Origin: a virus
Virus record (IMG/VR): IMGVR_UViG_3300021400_000020
Location: 32,001-96,000 of that record
Strand: one strand, 5' to 3'
DNA length: 64,000 bases
Positions 18,457 through 28,113 of the stretch are shown here, in pieces (the first letter of the stretch is position 1; every line of letters starts with the position of its first letter). Made by a program: the position numbers and the translations under genes. The notes beneath the pieces were generated by a model, which did not search any database, was not told the origin of the DNA, and saw only the letters and a list, made by a program, of their open reading frames with translations.

Positions 18457-18550
18457 TGTTTCTATTTCTGCTTTCCCCTCCCCATCTTTTTTGTCCTTTC
18501 CTCTGTCATAGATTCCTCCTATCTTTGTTCAAAGCAAAGACACTTACTCC

Positions 18551-21500
18551 ATGAACCAGTTAGCTCTCTATATCGACTCCATCCCCGTCTGTCTGGATGA
18601 CGACCAATCAATCAAAATAGAATGGATTTCTCCTGTCTGGAACCCCGAATCTAACGGACTGTTTTCTTACAACTTCCTGCTGAGCTGCGAGGCAAACCGC
18701 GAACTCTTCGGCAATATAGATGAACTGCACGGACAGTCCATCTATGAACGACTGCACGAGAAGCCGTTCTCGCTATACGTCAAAGGACTGCCTTTCTGCA
18801 CGGGAAAGGTAGAGGTGGAAGCGGAGGTGGAGATAGAAGAGGGTCATATCCCCATCGCGCTCGTCTCCAACGGTCAGGAGCTGTCTAAACTCATAGATGG
18901 TATGAACTGCCAGGATGTACCAGTCAAGGACAAGATACCCGTGGGAACGGTGTTCGACCATCTGGAGTGCGCATTACAATACGAACTGGAAGGAGACTAC
19001 TCCGACACAAACGCATTCATACGATTCGTCACGCATGTCGAGGAAAGGAACGGACATACATATCCTATCACCTATTCGGAGATGGAAGAGGATTTCGACA
19101 TCGCCATCCCTGAAAACGTGTTTGCCATCAACCGACATTCCATGAGTGGACGGGAACAGGACTTCGAACACATGGTGTCGGACATCAACGTGTCGTTGCC
19201 ATACCCTGCCGCCAAGTTCTGCAACGTGCGAACCTGCATACAGCGAAGGGTCAAGGATGAAGAGTCGAACTCGTGGAAGTCTGTTCGACAATACGATGTG
19301 TTCGACCCCGTACTCGACGAGGAAAATGCTCTTCAGCCTACGGAAGAGGACATCGAGACAGCACGTAACTCCAGAATACCGCTCTACGGCACTTGCTTCT
19401 ATGTGCCTTATTTTTTCGACTGCCTCTTTCAGCATATCAACGTCTATGTCAAGTCGAACCGACTCACGGACATGGACGACTACAACCGACTGGCGTTCTT
19501 CACGACGCAGTGCAACTACGACAAAGGGACGGCTCGCGTGGTGTTTCGCTCTCAGGAGAGATTTGCAGACAGGTACGGACTCGAAATCAAGGAAGTGGCA
19601 AGCGCCATCCGAGAGACGCATTTACAGTACGTAGCAGTCGGCAATACGGTCTATGCCAACTCGAAGAACTTCCCGAATAAGGATGTGAAGGAGGTGATGG
19701 AATCCATACAGAACGCCTTCTGCGCACGATTCGACTATTCCAGCGATGAGCAAGCCATCGAAATGTACTACGTAAAAGACATCCTCGAAGATAACCAGCA
19801 GCACGACCTCAATATCGAGGTGAGCGAGGTGCACAAGGGCGAGAACCTGGTGCGTGGCTTCAGACTCAGGTACGGAGGTGACGACGGAGACACATCCTAC
19901 AACTACCAAGACTTCTTCAAGTCACAGCTACAGTCCTACAAGTACATATCGGCATCGGTTAACGACGACACATGCTACATTGATCCGACAACGGGCAACG
20001 CTTACCGAACCAAAATCAACGAGGAAGCAGAGGACGTGGATGAACTCTACCCTGTACTCGTCGAAGTGGGACAATACAACGCCGCAGAGGACGGAGACTG
20101 CACGGACAGCGACTACGTGGAGGAACTGACGATAGGCTTCGCGCCCGCCATCGTGAATGCAGTCGTATTCAGCGAGGACGACGACGAATCAAAGTCTTCT
20201 GGTAGGACTGCCAACAGGACTTCGAGCCAGGGGGAGAGGGAAGAGAGTCATAGCACAACGCGATATGCGGTGCTGATAGCAGAGGAAATAAACGGACTTG
20301 AGGAAAAGACAGTGCCTGTGAAATACCTCACCACCTATGGACCGAAGCGCACCATCGACGGCAGGGTTTTTTATGATACGATGACTTACCGCTGTAGCTA
20401 TACCTTCAAGGCTCGCTACTCCTACCGTGAGGCTTATCTGAAAAAACTGGATGAAGCCTACAGCGCACGCGACGGACGCTCCTACGACGCTAACGGAAAC
20501 AGAGAGCAGACATCGCAACGCACCATCAACAAATACACGACATTCTTCACGCCTTACGAGGATTCCCCTTTCCAGAACTATGACGCAGGATTCACGCTCG
20601 GCATCATGCGAGGACCTGGCAACGCGGGCGGCGTGGAAATCTTCGATACCAACTATGACGGTGAAGGAAACAGCAAATGGAATACCGTACCAAAGGACTA
20701 TGCCTTTCATATCGACACGCTCGACTACGAGGGCAGTGTTTTCGACTATAACGGTACGGAGGAATCCATCGGTGGCGAACTGGAAAACCGCTTCTCGCTC
20801 AAACTCAGGGCGGAGAAACAAACCCCTGCTGGCATCTACCATCAGCGTACCATGCACACCGTCGAAAGCCAAAGCGACGCAATCGACTTGCTCAACACGT
20901 ACTTCTCGGACGGGAATATCACGACACACACGGGCGTACACCAGACATTCTACAACGAAATGCTGCTGGCAGGATGGTCAATGTCGGAATACTCAGGACA
21001 ACGCACCTTCGCTACGCTACTGACAACAAGGGATAAGAAGAATCGCGAGAGACGACTGCTCATCACACCTATCATATCTTCTACCCTCGTACTCACACCA
21101 GCGGAATTGGAGGATTACGTGAACGAGCATATCCGCTATGCAGAGGATTTTCTCGCTGCCGACACACAAGGACTCATCATCCGCGTGGATGCAGACTTCA
21201 TCGATGCAGCCACATACATACAACTCGCCAATATCGCTTACGGCATTACTGACGTGTCGGAGGTGAGCGGACGAAGCAGGAGAGTGACGAACATCGCCAT
21301 CGCACAGAAGATAGAGTCCGACTACTACCCTGTCGAACCGACAATAGCAGCTTACCGTGGACTCATGGACAAGTTTTATTCGGCGTATTCCTACTGGATT
21401 CGACACCGAAATACGGCATTCATCACGGGACACATGGAAATAGCCGACCTTATCAACATCGATTTCAAGAAGAAATACAAAATAAACGACCTCGTGGGAC

Positions 21501-21580
21501 TCATCAACCGCATCCTCTTTTCCCTCGATAACAAAAAGGGACTCTCGGATGTGAATATCGAACTCTACTACATCTCTTAA
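18551..21580 (+). CDS. large hypothetical protein (1009 aa), possibly virion or tail-tip associated
   Basis: Long clean ORF with no catalytic motif recognised. The structural role is a guess based on size and neighbourhood. Confidence 0.8.
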   Translation: MNQLALYIDSIPVCLDDDQSIKIEWISPVWNPESNGLFSYNFLLSCEANRELFGNIDELHGQSIYERLHEKPFSLYVKGLPFCTGKVEVEAEVEIEEGHIPIALVSNGQELSKLIDGMNCQDVPVKDKIPVGTVFDHLECALQYELEGDYSDTNAFIRFVTHVEERNGHTYPITYSEMEEDFDIAIPENVFAINRHSMSGREQDFEHMVSDINVSLPYPAAKFCNVRTCIQRRVKDEESNSWKSVRQYDVFDPVLDEENALQPTEEDIETARNSRIPLYGTCFYVPYFFDCLFQHINVYVKSNRLTDMDDYNRLAFFTTQCNYDKGTARVVFRSQERFADRYGLEIKEVASAIRETHLQYVAVGNTVYANSKNFPNKDVKEVMESIQNAFCARFDYSSDEQAIEMYYVKDILEDNQQHDLNIEVSEVHKGENLVRGFRLRYGGDDGDTSYNYQDFFKSQLQSYKYISASVNDDTCYIDPTTGNAYRTKINEEAEDVDELYPVLVEVGQYNAAEDGDCTDSDYVEELTIGFAPAIVNAVVFSEDDDESKSSGRTANRTSSQGEREESHSTTRYAVLIAEEINGLEEKTVPVKYLTTYGPKRTIDGRVFYDTMTYRCSYTFKARYSYREAYLKKLDEAYSARDGRSYDANGNREQTSQRTINKYTTFFTPYEDSPFQNYDAGFTLGIMRGPGNAGGVEIFDTNYDGEGNSKWNTVPKDYAFHIDTLDYEGSVFDYNGTEESIGGELENRFSLKLRAEKQTPAGIYHQRTMHTVESQSDAIDLLNTYFSDGNITTHTGVHQTFYNEMLLAGWSMSEYSGQRTFATLLTTRDKKNRERRLLITPIISSTLVLTPAELEDYVNEHIRYAEDFLAADTQGLIIRVDADFIDAATYIQLANIAYGITDVSEVSGRSRRVTNIAIAQKIESDYYPVEPTIAAYRGLMDKFYSAYSYWIRHRNTAFITGHMEIADLINIDFKKKYKINDLVGLINRILFSLDNKKGLSDVNIELYYIS

Positions 21581-21585
21581 TTAAC

Positions 21586-22677
21586 ATGGCATCATTCGGA
21601 CCTCTCACTCAAGGCGAAGGACTGAACTTCGCACATTCTCCCATTATCGTGCAAGTGGTGGCGGGCACATTCCCTGCTACTGCATACCTCTGCAAGGTAA
21701 AGCTCAGAGTGGCTTGCACATTCCTGCTCTATGATGAAAACGGTGACTACACGGCGGTCACTTCTGAACATCCGTTCTCTGCCGAAGCTGCATCGGGACA
21801 GTCAATTCCGTTCGATATTTCGTCGGCAATACGCTCGGCACTGGCTCCGTTCATCCCAGATGCCAACGAGATATTGCAAAGCGGTGCGTCATTCACCTAC
21901 CCATTCATCAAATACCACCTCTACGCCAAGGATGAATACATGCTGAAAAACGTGCGCTACGACTCGCCCGAAGCCATCTTTGGAGGATACGTCAACGAAC
22001 AGCCTGCCGTCAACGGAATTGGCGTGGCTGGAGGATTGTCGGCATTCGAGCGGTACAAAACCGCTCACTTCCCTTCGGAATACCCAATCAGCTTTTCTGA
22101 CCTAACTCGCAAACCTGCCAACGGAGAGGTGTATGCTGTGGGCGACATCATTACTCATGCCTATTTCGATACGCAACTCAAACGGGTGGTAGCAACAAAC
22201 GCGACCATCATCCAAGGGATGAACACGTACTTCGACGGAATGCGACGGGTATTCGGAGAGACAAACGCTGATAGACGACTCTTCGCCTTCGTGAATGCCT
22301 TCGGAGTGGTAGAGACGGTTTCTGCACTGTCAAAGGAAAGTCTTGAATGGGAATCGGAAAGTGAAGAAACAAACCTCTCACAAACCCCATCGTTTCATCC
22401 TGCTCCTGTTCGAACCATGATACAGGCGGAAGGCACGGAGTTCTACGGATGCTCGTCTGGACCTCAGACAAGGGAATGGATTGCATGGTGGGCAACGGAA
22501 TTTCTCTCGGCGAAGCACTTCTGGATGATGATGGAAGGACTATGGGTTCCTTGCACCATCAAACCAACCGATGAGAAAGTCACCATCTACGATAAGAAAA
22601 CTCAGAATCTTCAGTCGGTGGACTTCGACGTGACTCCTGCCCTGAACGGATCATCCATCACATCATTCGTCCTTTGA
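21586..22677 (+). CDS. hypothetical protein (363 aa)
   Basis: ATG 5 nt after the previous stop, so probably co-transcribed with the 1009 aa gene. Confidence 0.8.
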   Translation: MASFGPLTQGEGLNFAHSPIIVQVVAGTFPATAYLCKVKLRVACTFLLYDENGDYTAVTSEHPFSAEAASGQSIPFDISSAIRSALAPFIPDANEILQSGASFTYPFIKYHLYAKDEYMLKNVRYDSPEAIFGGYVNEQPAVNGIGVAGGLSAFERYKTAHFPSEYPISFSDLTRKPANGEVYAVGDIITHAYFDTQLKRVVATNATIIQGMNTYFDGMRRVFGETNADRRLFAFVNAFGVVETVSALSKESLEWESESEETNLSQTPSFHPAPVRTMIQAEGTEFYGCSSGPQTREWIAWWATEFLSAKHFWMMMEGLWVPCTIKPTDEKVTIYDKKTQNLQSVDFDVTPALNGSSITSFVL

Positions 22678-23319
22678 CTCTTCTCGCGTATAGGCACTCT
22701 TCAGAATACGAGCACGTAAGGCTTTATTCTCCTTCTGCATCTCCTCGATTTTCTCCTCCAGCTTGCTAATCTGAACACGCAACAAGCCTATCGTGATATT
22801 TGTTTCTCCCTGCTTCTGGTAGTCCAAACTCTTATAGATGTCTTTCACGGGGGAATTCTTGTCTATCAGATACTTACTCGGATTCAAAGAGAAAGCATCG
22901 CACAAACGTAAGAATTCTCCTACCCATATATTCGAAGGCTTGTCGTCCTTCGGCGGAAACCACTGGTCGAAAGTGACTTGATTCGTTCCAAGCACTTTCC
23001 TTAGCTTGATTTTACTTGACACACCTGGACGGGAAAGCAAGTCACTCAGCAACGTCTGGATGTCAAAGGTGATGTCCGTCCACTTCCCTTTAAACACCTT
23101 GTAGTCGTTCTCTCCCTCACCATCGGGCGTGATAAATGCACTCGTCCCAATCCAGTAGCGGTTGCAGTAGTAGATAAGTGTGGAAAGACGTACTCGCTTC
23201 CTACGCTTCATCTTCTGCAACTCGTCACTGTCTTCCTCTATCAACTTTCGAACCTCCAAAAGATTCTTACTCGTCAGCAAGGGAAAGAGCTGAAGCAGTT
23301 TCTGATTGAACTTATACAT
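22663..23319 (-). CDS. putative DNA-binding regulator with C-terminal coiled coil (218 aa from ATG 23319)
   Basis: Sits divergent from the early operon. Central segment ...VLGTNQVTFDQWF...VGEFLRLCDAFSLNPSKYL... is HTH-like. C-terminal heptads LRVQISKLEEKIEEMQKENKALRARI. The functional call is weak. Confidence 0.55.
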   Translation of the reverse strand: MYKFNQKLLQLFPLLTSKNLLEVRKLIEEDSDELQKMKRRKRVRLSTLIYYCNRYWIGTSAFITPDGEGENDYKVFKGKWTDITFDIQTLLSDLLSRPGVSSKIKLRKVLGTNQVTFDQWFPPKDDKPSNIWVGEFLRLCDAFSLNPSKYLIDKNSPVKDIYKSLDYQKQGETNITIGLLRVQISKLEEKIEEMQKENKALRARILKSAYTREESKDE

Positions 23320-23337
23320 GTGTGTTTTATTTTTGTG

Positions 23338-23368
23338 CAAATATAATAAAAATTTTATCCTACACAAA
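23338..23368 (-). promoter_or_regulatory. Bacteroidota-type promoter (TTTG-N19-TATATTTG) for the regulator-like gene
   Basis: Minus-strand reading TTTG tgtaggataaaatttttat TATATTTG. The -7 box ends 16 nt before the ATG at 23319. Confidence 0.55.
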
Positions 23369-23439
23369 AATTATTTTGAGGTAAAAATTTATTTGTGTGA
23401 AAATATTTTAGGCAATTCGTAATTTTTTGCATAAAAATT

Positions 23440-23470
23440 TTTGTTGATAAAAATTTATCTGCTATATTTG
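23440..23470 (+). promoter_or_regulatory. Bacteroidota-type promoter (TTTG-N19-TATATTTG) for the early (+) operon
   Basis: TTTG ttgataaaaatttatctgc TATATTTG. Same -7 octamer and spacing as the divergent partner. Confidence 0.55.
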
Positions 23471-23543
23471 CAAGCGAATTTTAAAGAGATAAAATTTTTT
23501 ACAAATCCATTTTCGCACCCTCTGCGAATCTACTTTCCAAAAA

Positions 23544-23611
23544 CCACCGTTCCCGAAAGTTCTGCTTTCGGGTTCAGAAAAAACCACCGTTCCCGAAAGT
23601 TCTGCTTTCGG
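23544..23611 (+). repeat. Two A-type hairpins in tandem (40-nt period)
   Basis: AAACCACCGTTCCCGAAAGTTCTGCTTTCGG occurs twice (23544-23572 and 23584-23611). Confidence 0.9.
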
Positions 23612-23632
23612 TCATCAGAAAGAAAGAAATCT

Positions 23633-25303
23633 ATGAGCTCCTGTCCTTACCTATTATATATAGACCTCTTCTGTGGGGCTGGTGGAACGTCCACTGGCGT
23701 TGAACATGCAACCATCAACGGCTCTAAATGCGCCAAGGTGATTGCTTGTGTCAACCATGATGCCAATGCCATCCTCTCGCACCAGGCTAACCATCCCGAC
23801 GCCCTGCACTTCATGGAGGATATTCGCACACTGGAACTCACTCCGCTCATCGAGCACCTGCACAAGATGAAGAGCCTATACCCTGACGCACGCGTCGTAC
23901 TGTGGGCATCGCTGGAATGCACGAACTTCTCGAAGGCAAAGGGAGGACAGCCAAGGGATGCGGACAGCCGCACACTCGCTGAACACCTGTTCCGCTATAT
24001 CAAAACCATCAAACCCAACTATATCCAAATAGAGAATGTGGAGGAATTCATGTCGTGGGGAAAACTCGACGAGAACGGACACCCACTATCTCGGTTCAAC
24101 GGCGCGGATTATGTCCGATGGGTGAAGCAGGTGAACGCCTATGGCTATGAATTCGATTACCGCATCCTCAATGCCGCTGACTTTGGCGCATACACTTCAA
24201 GGAAAAGGTTCTTCGGACTCTTCGCACAAATCGGACTACCCATCGCTTTCCCTATACCTACATACGCCAAGGATGGCGACTCTGGCATGTTCCTCACCTA
24301 CAAGAAATGGAAAGCCGTCCGCGATGTGCTCGACCTCCAAGAGGAAGGGACAAGCATATTTCAACGTAAGAAGCCGCTCTGCGAGAAAACACTTCAGCGC
24401 ATCTATGCAGGACTGGTGAAGTTCGTGGCAGGTGGAAAGGACAAGCACGACGCTTGGATTCTCAAGTACAATTCCATGAACCAGTCCGCACAGCATAACG
24501 CACCCTCCATCGACGAGCCTTGTCCCACCGTGGCGGTACAGAACCGCCTCGGATTGGTCAAACTGAATTTTCTCAGTAAGCAGTTTTCAGGTGAACCGAT
24601 GAGCAAGAATCAAAGCATCGAACAGCCAGCGGGCACAGTCACGTGCGTGGATCATCACGCTCTGGTATCTGCACGTTTCATCTCTGAGTATTATGGTGGT
24701 AACGAGCATAATCATTCTCTCAACGTACCAGCTTCTACCATCACCACAAAGGACCGACACGCTTTCGTGACTGCCTATTTCGGAAATGGCTACAACAGCT
24801 CTATCGATGAACCCAACCCTACCATCACCACCAAGGAGCGACACGCCCTCGTAAGTATCGACATGGATGCTCCCATGCCAGACGTGCCTTTCGACAAGCT
24901 AAGATTAGCGTCATCTCAGTACCTAATGAATCCGTATTCGTTCCAAAGCGATGGAGGAAGCATCGAAAAGCCTTGTTTCACACTCATTGCACGGATGGAC
25001 AAGATGCCTCCTTACCTGGTCAGCACGGAACAAGGCGACCTCGCCATCGAAATCTATGAGCACGACTCACCCATGACTCGACAAATCAAGGAATTCATGG
25101 CAATGTACGGCATCATCGACATCAAAATGCGAATGCTCACAGTAATGGAACTGAAACGCATCATGGGATTCCCTTCCGACTACATCCTCATTGGTACTCA
25201 GGCGGAACAAAAGAAATTCATTGGCAACGCGGTAGAGGTGGGCATGGCACAGAAGCTGTGTGAAGCACTCTGCACGAAACTACTCAACGAGAAATGGCTG
25301 TAG
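23633..25303 (+). CDS. DNA (cytosine-5) methyltransferase-like protein (556 aa)
   Basis: Motif I DLFCGAGG, motif IV-like SLECTNFS, ENV motif IQIENVEEF, RKRFFGLF, and motif X IGNAVEV. Start moved to ATG 23633 because the upstream part of the track ORF translates hairpin repeats. Confidence 0.75.
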   Translation: MSSCPYLLYIDLFCGAGGTSTGVEHATINGSKCAKVIACVNHDANAILSHQANHPDALHFMEDIRTLELTPLIEHLHKMKSLYPDARVVLWASLECTNFSKAKGGQPRDADSRTLAEHLFRYIKTIKPNYIQIENVEEFMSWGKLDENGHPLSRFNGADYVRWVKQVNAYGYEFDYRILNAADFGAYTSRKRFFGLFAQIGLPIAFPIPTYAKDGDSGMFLTYKKWKAVRDVLDLQEEGTSIFQRKKPLCEKTLQRIYAGLVKFVAGGKDKHDAWILKYNSMNQSAQHNAPSIDEPCPTVAVQNRLGLVKLNFLSKQFSGEPMSKNQSIEQPAGTVTCVDHHALVSARFISEYYGGNEHNHSLNVPASTITTKDRHAFVTAYFGNGYNSSIDEPNPTITTKERHALVSIDMDAPMPDVPFDKLRLASSQYLMNPYSFQSDGGSIEKPCFTLIARMDKMPPYLVSTEQGDLAIEIYEHDSPMTRQIKEFMAMYGIIDIKMRMLTVMELKRIMGFPSDYILIGTQAEQKKFIGNAVEVGMAQKLCEALCTKLLNEKWL

Positions 25304-25512
25304 CATCAAAGAAAACAAAGAAACAACAGACGGGCGTCTGCTGCATGGACTGCAAACACGCCATCTGTATGAGGCGAGTCAAAGAAAACCCTATTATAGC
25401 GGAATGCAAAATCACCAAAGAAAGGTTTGTGGCACGATACAAAAAATGCTGTAACGAATACGAACCAAGAATCGGAGCACTCCGACTTTCTCAATGGGTC
25501 GATGCCACTTAA
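25294..25512 (+). CDS. small Cys-rich (zinc-binding?) protein (72 aa)
   Basis: Start overlaps the methyltransferase stop (ATGGCTGTAG). Cysteine pairs CCMDC...C...C...CC. Confidence 0.6.
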   Translation: MAVASKKTKKQQTGVCCMDCKHAICMRRVKENPIIAECKITKERFVARYKKCCNEYEPRIGALRLSQWVDAT

Positions 25513-25521
25513 CCCCTCCAG

Positions 25522-25661
25522 CCACCGTCCCCCGAAATTTTGTTTCGGGTTTCAAAAGCCACCGTTCTCAAAAGTTTCGCTTTCAGGTTCCCCTCTCCAC
25601 CGTCCCCGAAAGTTCTGCTTTCAGTCCTTCGTTTCTCCGTACCTCTCGGCTCAGCCGAGAG
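25522..25661 (+). repeat. Composite cassette: three A-type hairpins plus one B-type hairpin (stem CTCTCGG/CCGAGAG)
   Basis: A at 25522-25549, 25558-25587 (degenerate) and 25597-25624. B at 25632-25661. Confidence 0.85.
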
Positions 25662-25673
25662 CCCACTCATAAA

Positions 25674-25706
25674 AACCATTAACCCCATAAACCCCAAAAA
25701 CAAATG
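25674..25706 (+). repeat. AACCCCAT-type leader repeats running into the ATG at 25704
   Basis: AACCATTAACCCCATAAACCCCAAAAACAAATG. Confidence 0.7.
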
Positions 25707-26225
25707 GCAAACACTTACCTCAAAGAACCCTACGTTCACCCCAAAATCGAGCTGAACGAATCAGACTACAAGCGAATCCTCAGTCTGGCACGAGCAAACG
25801 CCAAGCAGATTGAGAAACGAGCGCGAGAACTATACGAGCAATACGGCGTGTTCGAAGTCCGCATCCGTGCAGAAGTCAGAAAAACAAACATCGGTTGCGA
25901 TGACCTGAAACACTCTTACGAACTGGACTGCAAGCCATCCTCTCTCTATATCTATGCCCCATCGATGGATGACAACACCGACAAGCCACTCGTCTTGCTG
26001 TCTGAGGAAGAGAGAAGAAGAATTTCAGTCTTTGCTACTAATTACGTGAGAAGCTTGTTCGATACTTGCTTTGGCGAAAACCTTGCCAGCATCAATAAGG
26101 CACATTCATACGAGCGTTCGGCTCGACGCACATGGAAAATCACCTTCCTCTTCACCATCTTAGGATGGCTCGTAGCATTCGCATTCTTCGTTTTCTTATT
26201 TCAAGTTTACTTTCATGGGAACTAA
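25704..26225 (+). CDS. hypothetical protein with C-terminal transmembrane segment (173 aa)
   Basis: C-terminus WKITFLFTILGWLVAFAFFVFLF. Confidence 0.7.
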   Translation: MANTYLKEPYVHPKIELNESDYKRILSLARANAKQIEKRARELYEQYGVFEVRIRAEVRKTNIGCDDLKHSYELDCKPSSLYIYAPSMDDNTDKPLVLLSEEERRRISVFATNYVRSLFDTCFGENLASINKAHSYERSARRTWKITFLFTILGWLVAFAFFVFLFQVYFHGN

Positions 26226-26556
26226 TACTTTCGCACCTGTCTGCATGGCAGAAGAATATTGGGCAAACACTTACTTTTCCATCGCCCGACATACAGGTGA
26301 AGTTAAAATCGGCTCACATGAGTACATCATCGTGAACAAGGAAGGAAAGGACATCTACGAATGCTCCATCGAAGCGGAAAAGGCTGGGCGTGAAAAAGCC
26401 ATCGAACCAGGCGAACCCGCCGACCTCTGCCGCAAGGACTTCGTAAAATTCTACCGCGCCCTGGGACGTGAGAAATTCCTGAACGTACTCAAGGAACACC
26501 AACATGCCTCCGACAAGGAACTCATCCAAATCTACCAAAAACTCACCAAGAAATGA
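26215..26556 (+). CDS. hypothetical protein (113 aa; alternative start at 26245)
   Basis: 11-nt overlap with the previous gene. Confidence 0.6.
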   Translation: MGTNTFAPVCMAEEYWANTYFSIARHTGEVKIGSHEYIIVNKEGKDIYECSIEAEKAGREKAIEPGEPADLCRKDFVKFYRALGREKFLNVLKEHQHASDKELIQIYQKLTKK

Positions 26557-26560
26557 CATC

Positions 26561-26962
26561 ATGAGCCGGAAACAAACGCCTTACTTCACACCCTACAACC
26601 TAAGCATCGGCGACTGGGTGATGATAAACAAGCAAAAAGAAAAAGTAAGATTCATCGACGATTACGGCAACGTAGGATTATCCGACGAGAAACCTTGTCT
26701 GATAAGCGAACTGCGCCCCATTCCACTCACCTCCGAAATCCTCATGAAGAACGGATTCAAGCACACAGGTATTGGCTTTATCATCGCTGACATCAACTTT
26801 GCCAATATCGAAGGTGGTGGACAACTGATTTGGGATGGTGGACGCATAGAGACCTTCGTCCATTTCAGCAAACACGAATTTGCTGTATGCCAATGTAAAT
26901 ACGTACACTTGCTCCAGCACTTCCTACAAGTAATCGGCATAGAAAAAGACATCGAACTTTAA
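26561..26962 (+). CDS. hypothetical protein (133 aa), paralog of the next gene
   Basis: ATG 26561 (MSRKQTPYF...). C-terminus CKYVHLLQHFLQVIGIEKDIEL compares with the neighbour's VCYVHELQHALNLFGLSKELEL. Confidence 0.65.
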   Translation: MSRKQTPYFTPYNLSIGDWVMINKQKEKVRFIDDYGNVGLSDEKPCLISELRPIPLTSEILMKNGFKHTGIGFIIADINFANIEGGGQLIWDGGRIETFVHFSKHEFAVCQCKYVHLLQHFLQVIGIEKDIEL

Positions 26963-26972
26963 TATCTTAATC

Positions 26973-27362
26973 ATGGAAATAACAGGCTTGACTATAGGTG
27001 ATAAGCTGCTGCTGAATGGACACCCTCACACCATTCAAGGACTGCAAATGAAGGATGGCAACTGGCTGTTCTTCTCGAAGGAACTGCAAACATGGTGCTC
27101 TGTTATGGATGCCTTCCCCATCTTCATCACACAGACATTCTTGGCTAAGAACTTCGACGAGAAAAACGGAGGATTCAAGTACGGCATATTCGAGGATTAC
27201 TTCGACCTCTCCATCGAGGAATACAACGACGGCACTTACTCCATCGAATACCACATCACGGAAATGTCACTGCCTGATACCGTCATCTCCAACGTCTGTT
27301 ATGTCCACGAACTCCAGCACGCCCTCAACCTCTTCGGACTCTCCAAGGAACTGGAACTTTAA
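26973..27362 (+). CDS. hypothetical protein (129 aa), paralog of the previous gene
   Basis: Shared N-terminal xIGDxxxxN and C-terminal YVHxLQHxLxxxGxxKxxEL pattern. Confidence 0.7.
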   Translation: MEITGLTIGDKLLLNGHPHTIQGLQMKDGNWLFFSKELQTWCSVMDAFPIFITQTFLAKNFDEKNGGFKYGIFEDYFDLSIEEYNDGTYSIEYHITEMSLPDTVISNVCYVHELQHALNLFGLSKELEL

Positions 27363-27364
27363 AA

Positions 27365-27480
27365 GCCACCGTTCCTGCCACCGTTCCCAAAAGTTTCGCT
27401 TTCGGGTTCCCCTCTCCACCGTCCCTGAAACTTCTGCTTTCAGTCCTTCGTTTCTCCGTACCTCTCGGCTCAGCCGAGAG
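27365..27480 (+). repeat. Composite cassette (A, A, B), about 90 percent identical to 25558-25661
   Basis: A at 27365-27406 (duplicated flank) and 27416-27443 (stem CTGAAA/TTTCAG). B at 27451-27480. Confidence 0.85.
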
Positions 27481-27490
27481 CTTTCTCACC

Positions 27491-27523
27491 AAACCCATTA
27501 ACCCCATCAACCAAAAAACTATG
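27491..27523 (+). repeat. AACCCCAT-type leader running into the ATG at 27521
   Basis: AAACCCATTAACCCCATCAACCAAAAAACTATG. Confidence 0.7.
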
Positions 27524-27796
27524 ACACCTGCAACCATCATTCTCACAGTCTTCCTGATACTGGCGGTTTTTGTTGCTGCACAGCTCGACGACAAACTTCT
27601 CAAGGAACGCCACGTCACTAAGGGACTACTCGAACAACTGGGACAAGCCAAGGCTCAGACGAAAGACCTTGAAAAACGTCTTCAAGAAGCCAACACAACC
27701 ATTCAGAAGCTCAATCACAAGCTCGAAGCTTGTGGAATCGATTACGACAGACTCCTGACCGACTACCACCGTTTGGAAAACGAAAATCTAAAATGA
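27521..27796 (+). CDS. small membrane-anchored coiled-coil protein (91 aa)
   Basis: N-terminal hydrophobic helix ATIILTVFLILAVFVAA, then heptad-rich sequence. Confidence 0.65.
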   Translation: MTPATIILTVFLILAVFVAAQLDDKLLKERHVTKGLLEQLGQAKAQTKDLEKRLQEANTTIQKLNHKLEACGIDYDRLLTDYHRLENENLK

Positions 27797-27797
27797 T

Positions 27798-28046
27798 ATG
27801 GCAAGAATCTCCAGAGTTATCAAACTAAAACTGGGACCAGACACGCACATCATCAAGAAGAATGCTGCCGACAAACAAGGTACTCAGGCTTGCCAGCAAT
27901 GCTCTTTGCGAAGCCTCTGCTTCGAAATCGGAAAGACAGAGCGAAAACGACTCTGCGACGCTATCCTCATAGAAGTTTATGACTCACCATCAGACTTCTC
28001 TCCCTACGGCGGACACTTCGAAGTCTCCAGCCATAACCCAGTCTAA
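27798..28046 (+). CDS. hypothetical protein (82 aa)
   Basis: ATG 1 nt after the previous stop. Confidence 0.6.
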   Translation: MARISRVIKLKLGPDTHIIKKNAADKQGTQACQQCSLRSLCFEIGKTERKRLCDAILIEVYDSPSDFSPYGGHFEVSSHNPV

Positions 28047-28066
28047 ATCCCTTTTCTCCATCCCCA

Positions 28067-28094
28067 CCACCGTCCCCGAAAGTTCCGCTTTCGG
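28067..28094 (+). repeat. A-type hairpin
   Basis: CCACCGTCCCCGAAAGTTCCGCTTTCGG. Confidence 0.85.
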
Positions 28095-28113
28095 TCAAAA
28101 CAACCCATCAACA

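Noticed and set aside
18252-18527. Single TAnnTTTG boxes upstream of the portal-like gene (minus, 18252-18259) and the 1009 aa gene (plus, 18520-18527)
   Set aside because: No TTTG lies at 19-21 nt spacing. An octamer with six fixed bases is expected about 30 times by chance in 64 kb on two strands, so these are not called as promoters.
23441-23632. N-terminal extensions of track ORFs that read through repeats (23441, 27979, 28724, 4349, 32477, 26504 and similar)
   Set aside because: The extensions encode the recurrent repeat-derived peptides TVPESSAFG and NPINPI. In each case an ATG immediately after the CCCCAT leader gives a sensible gene start, so the CDS starts were moved downstream.
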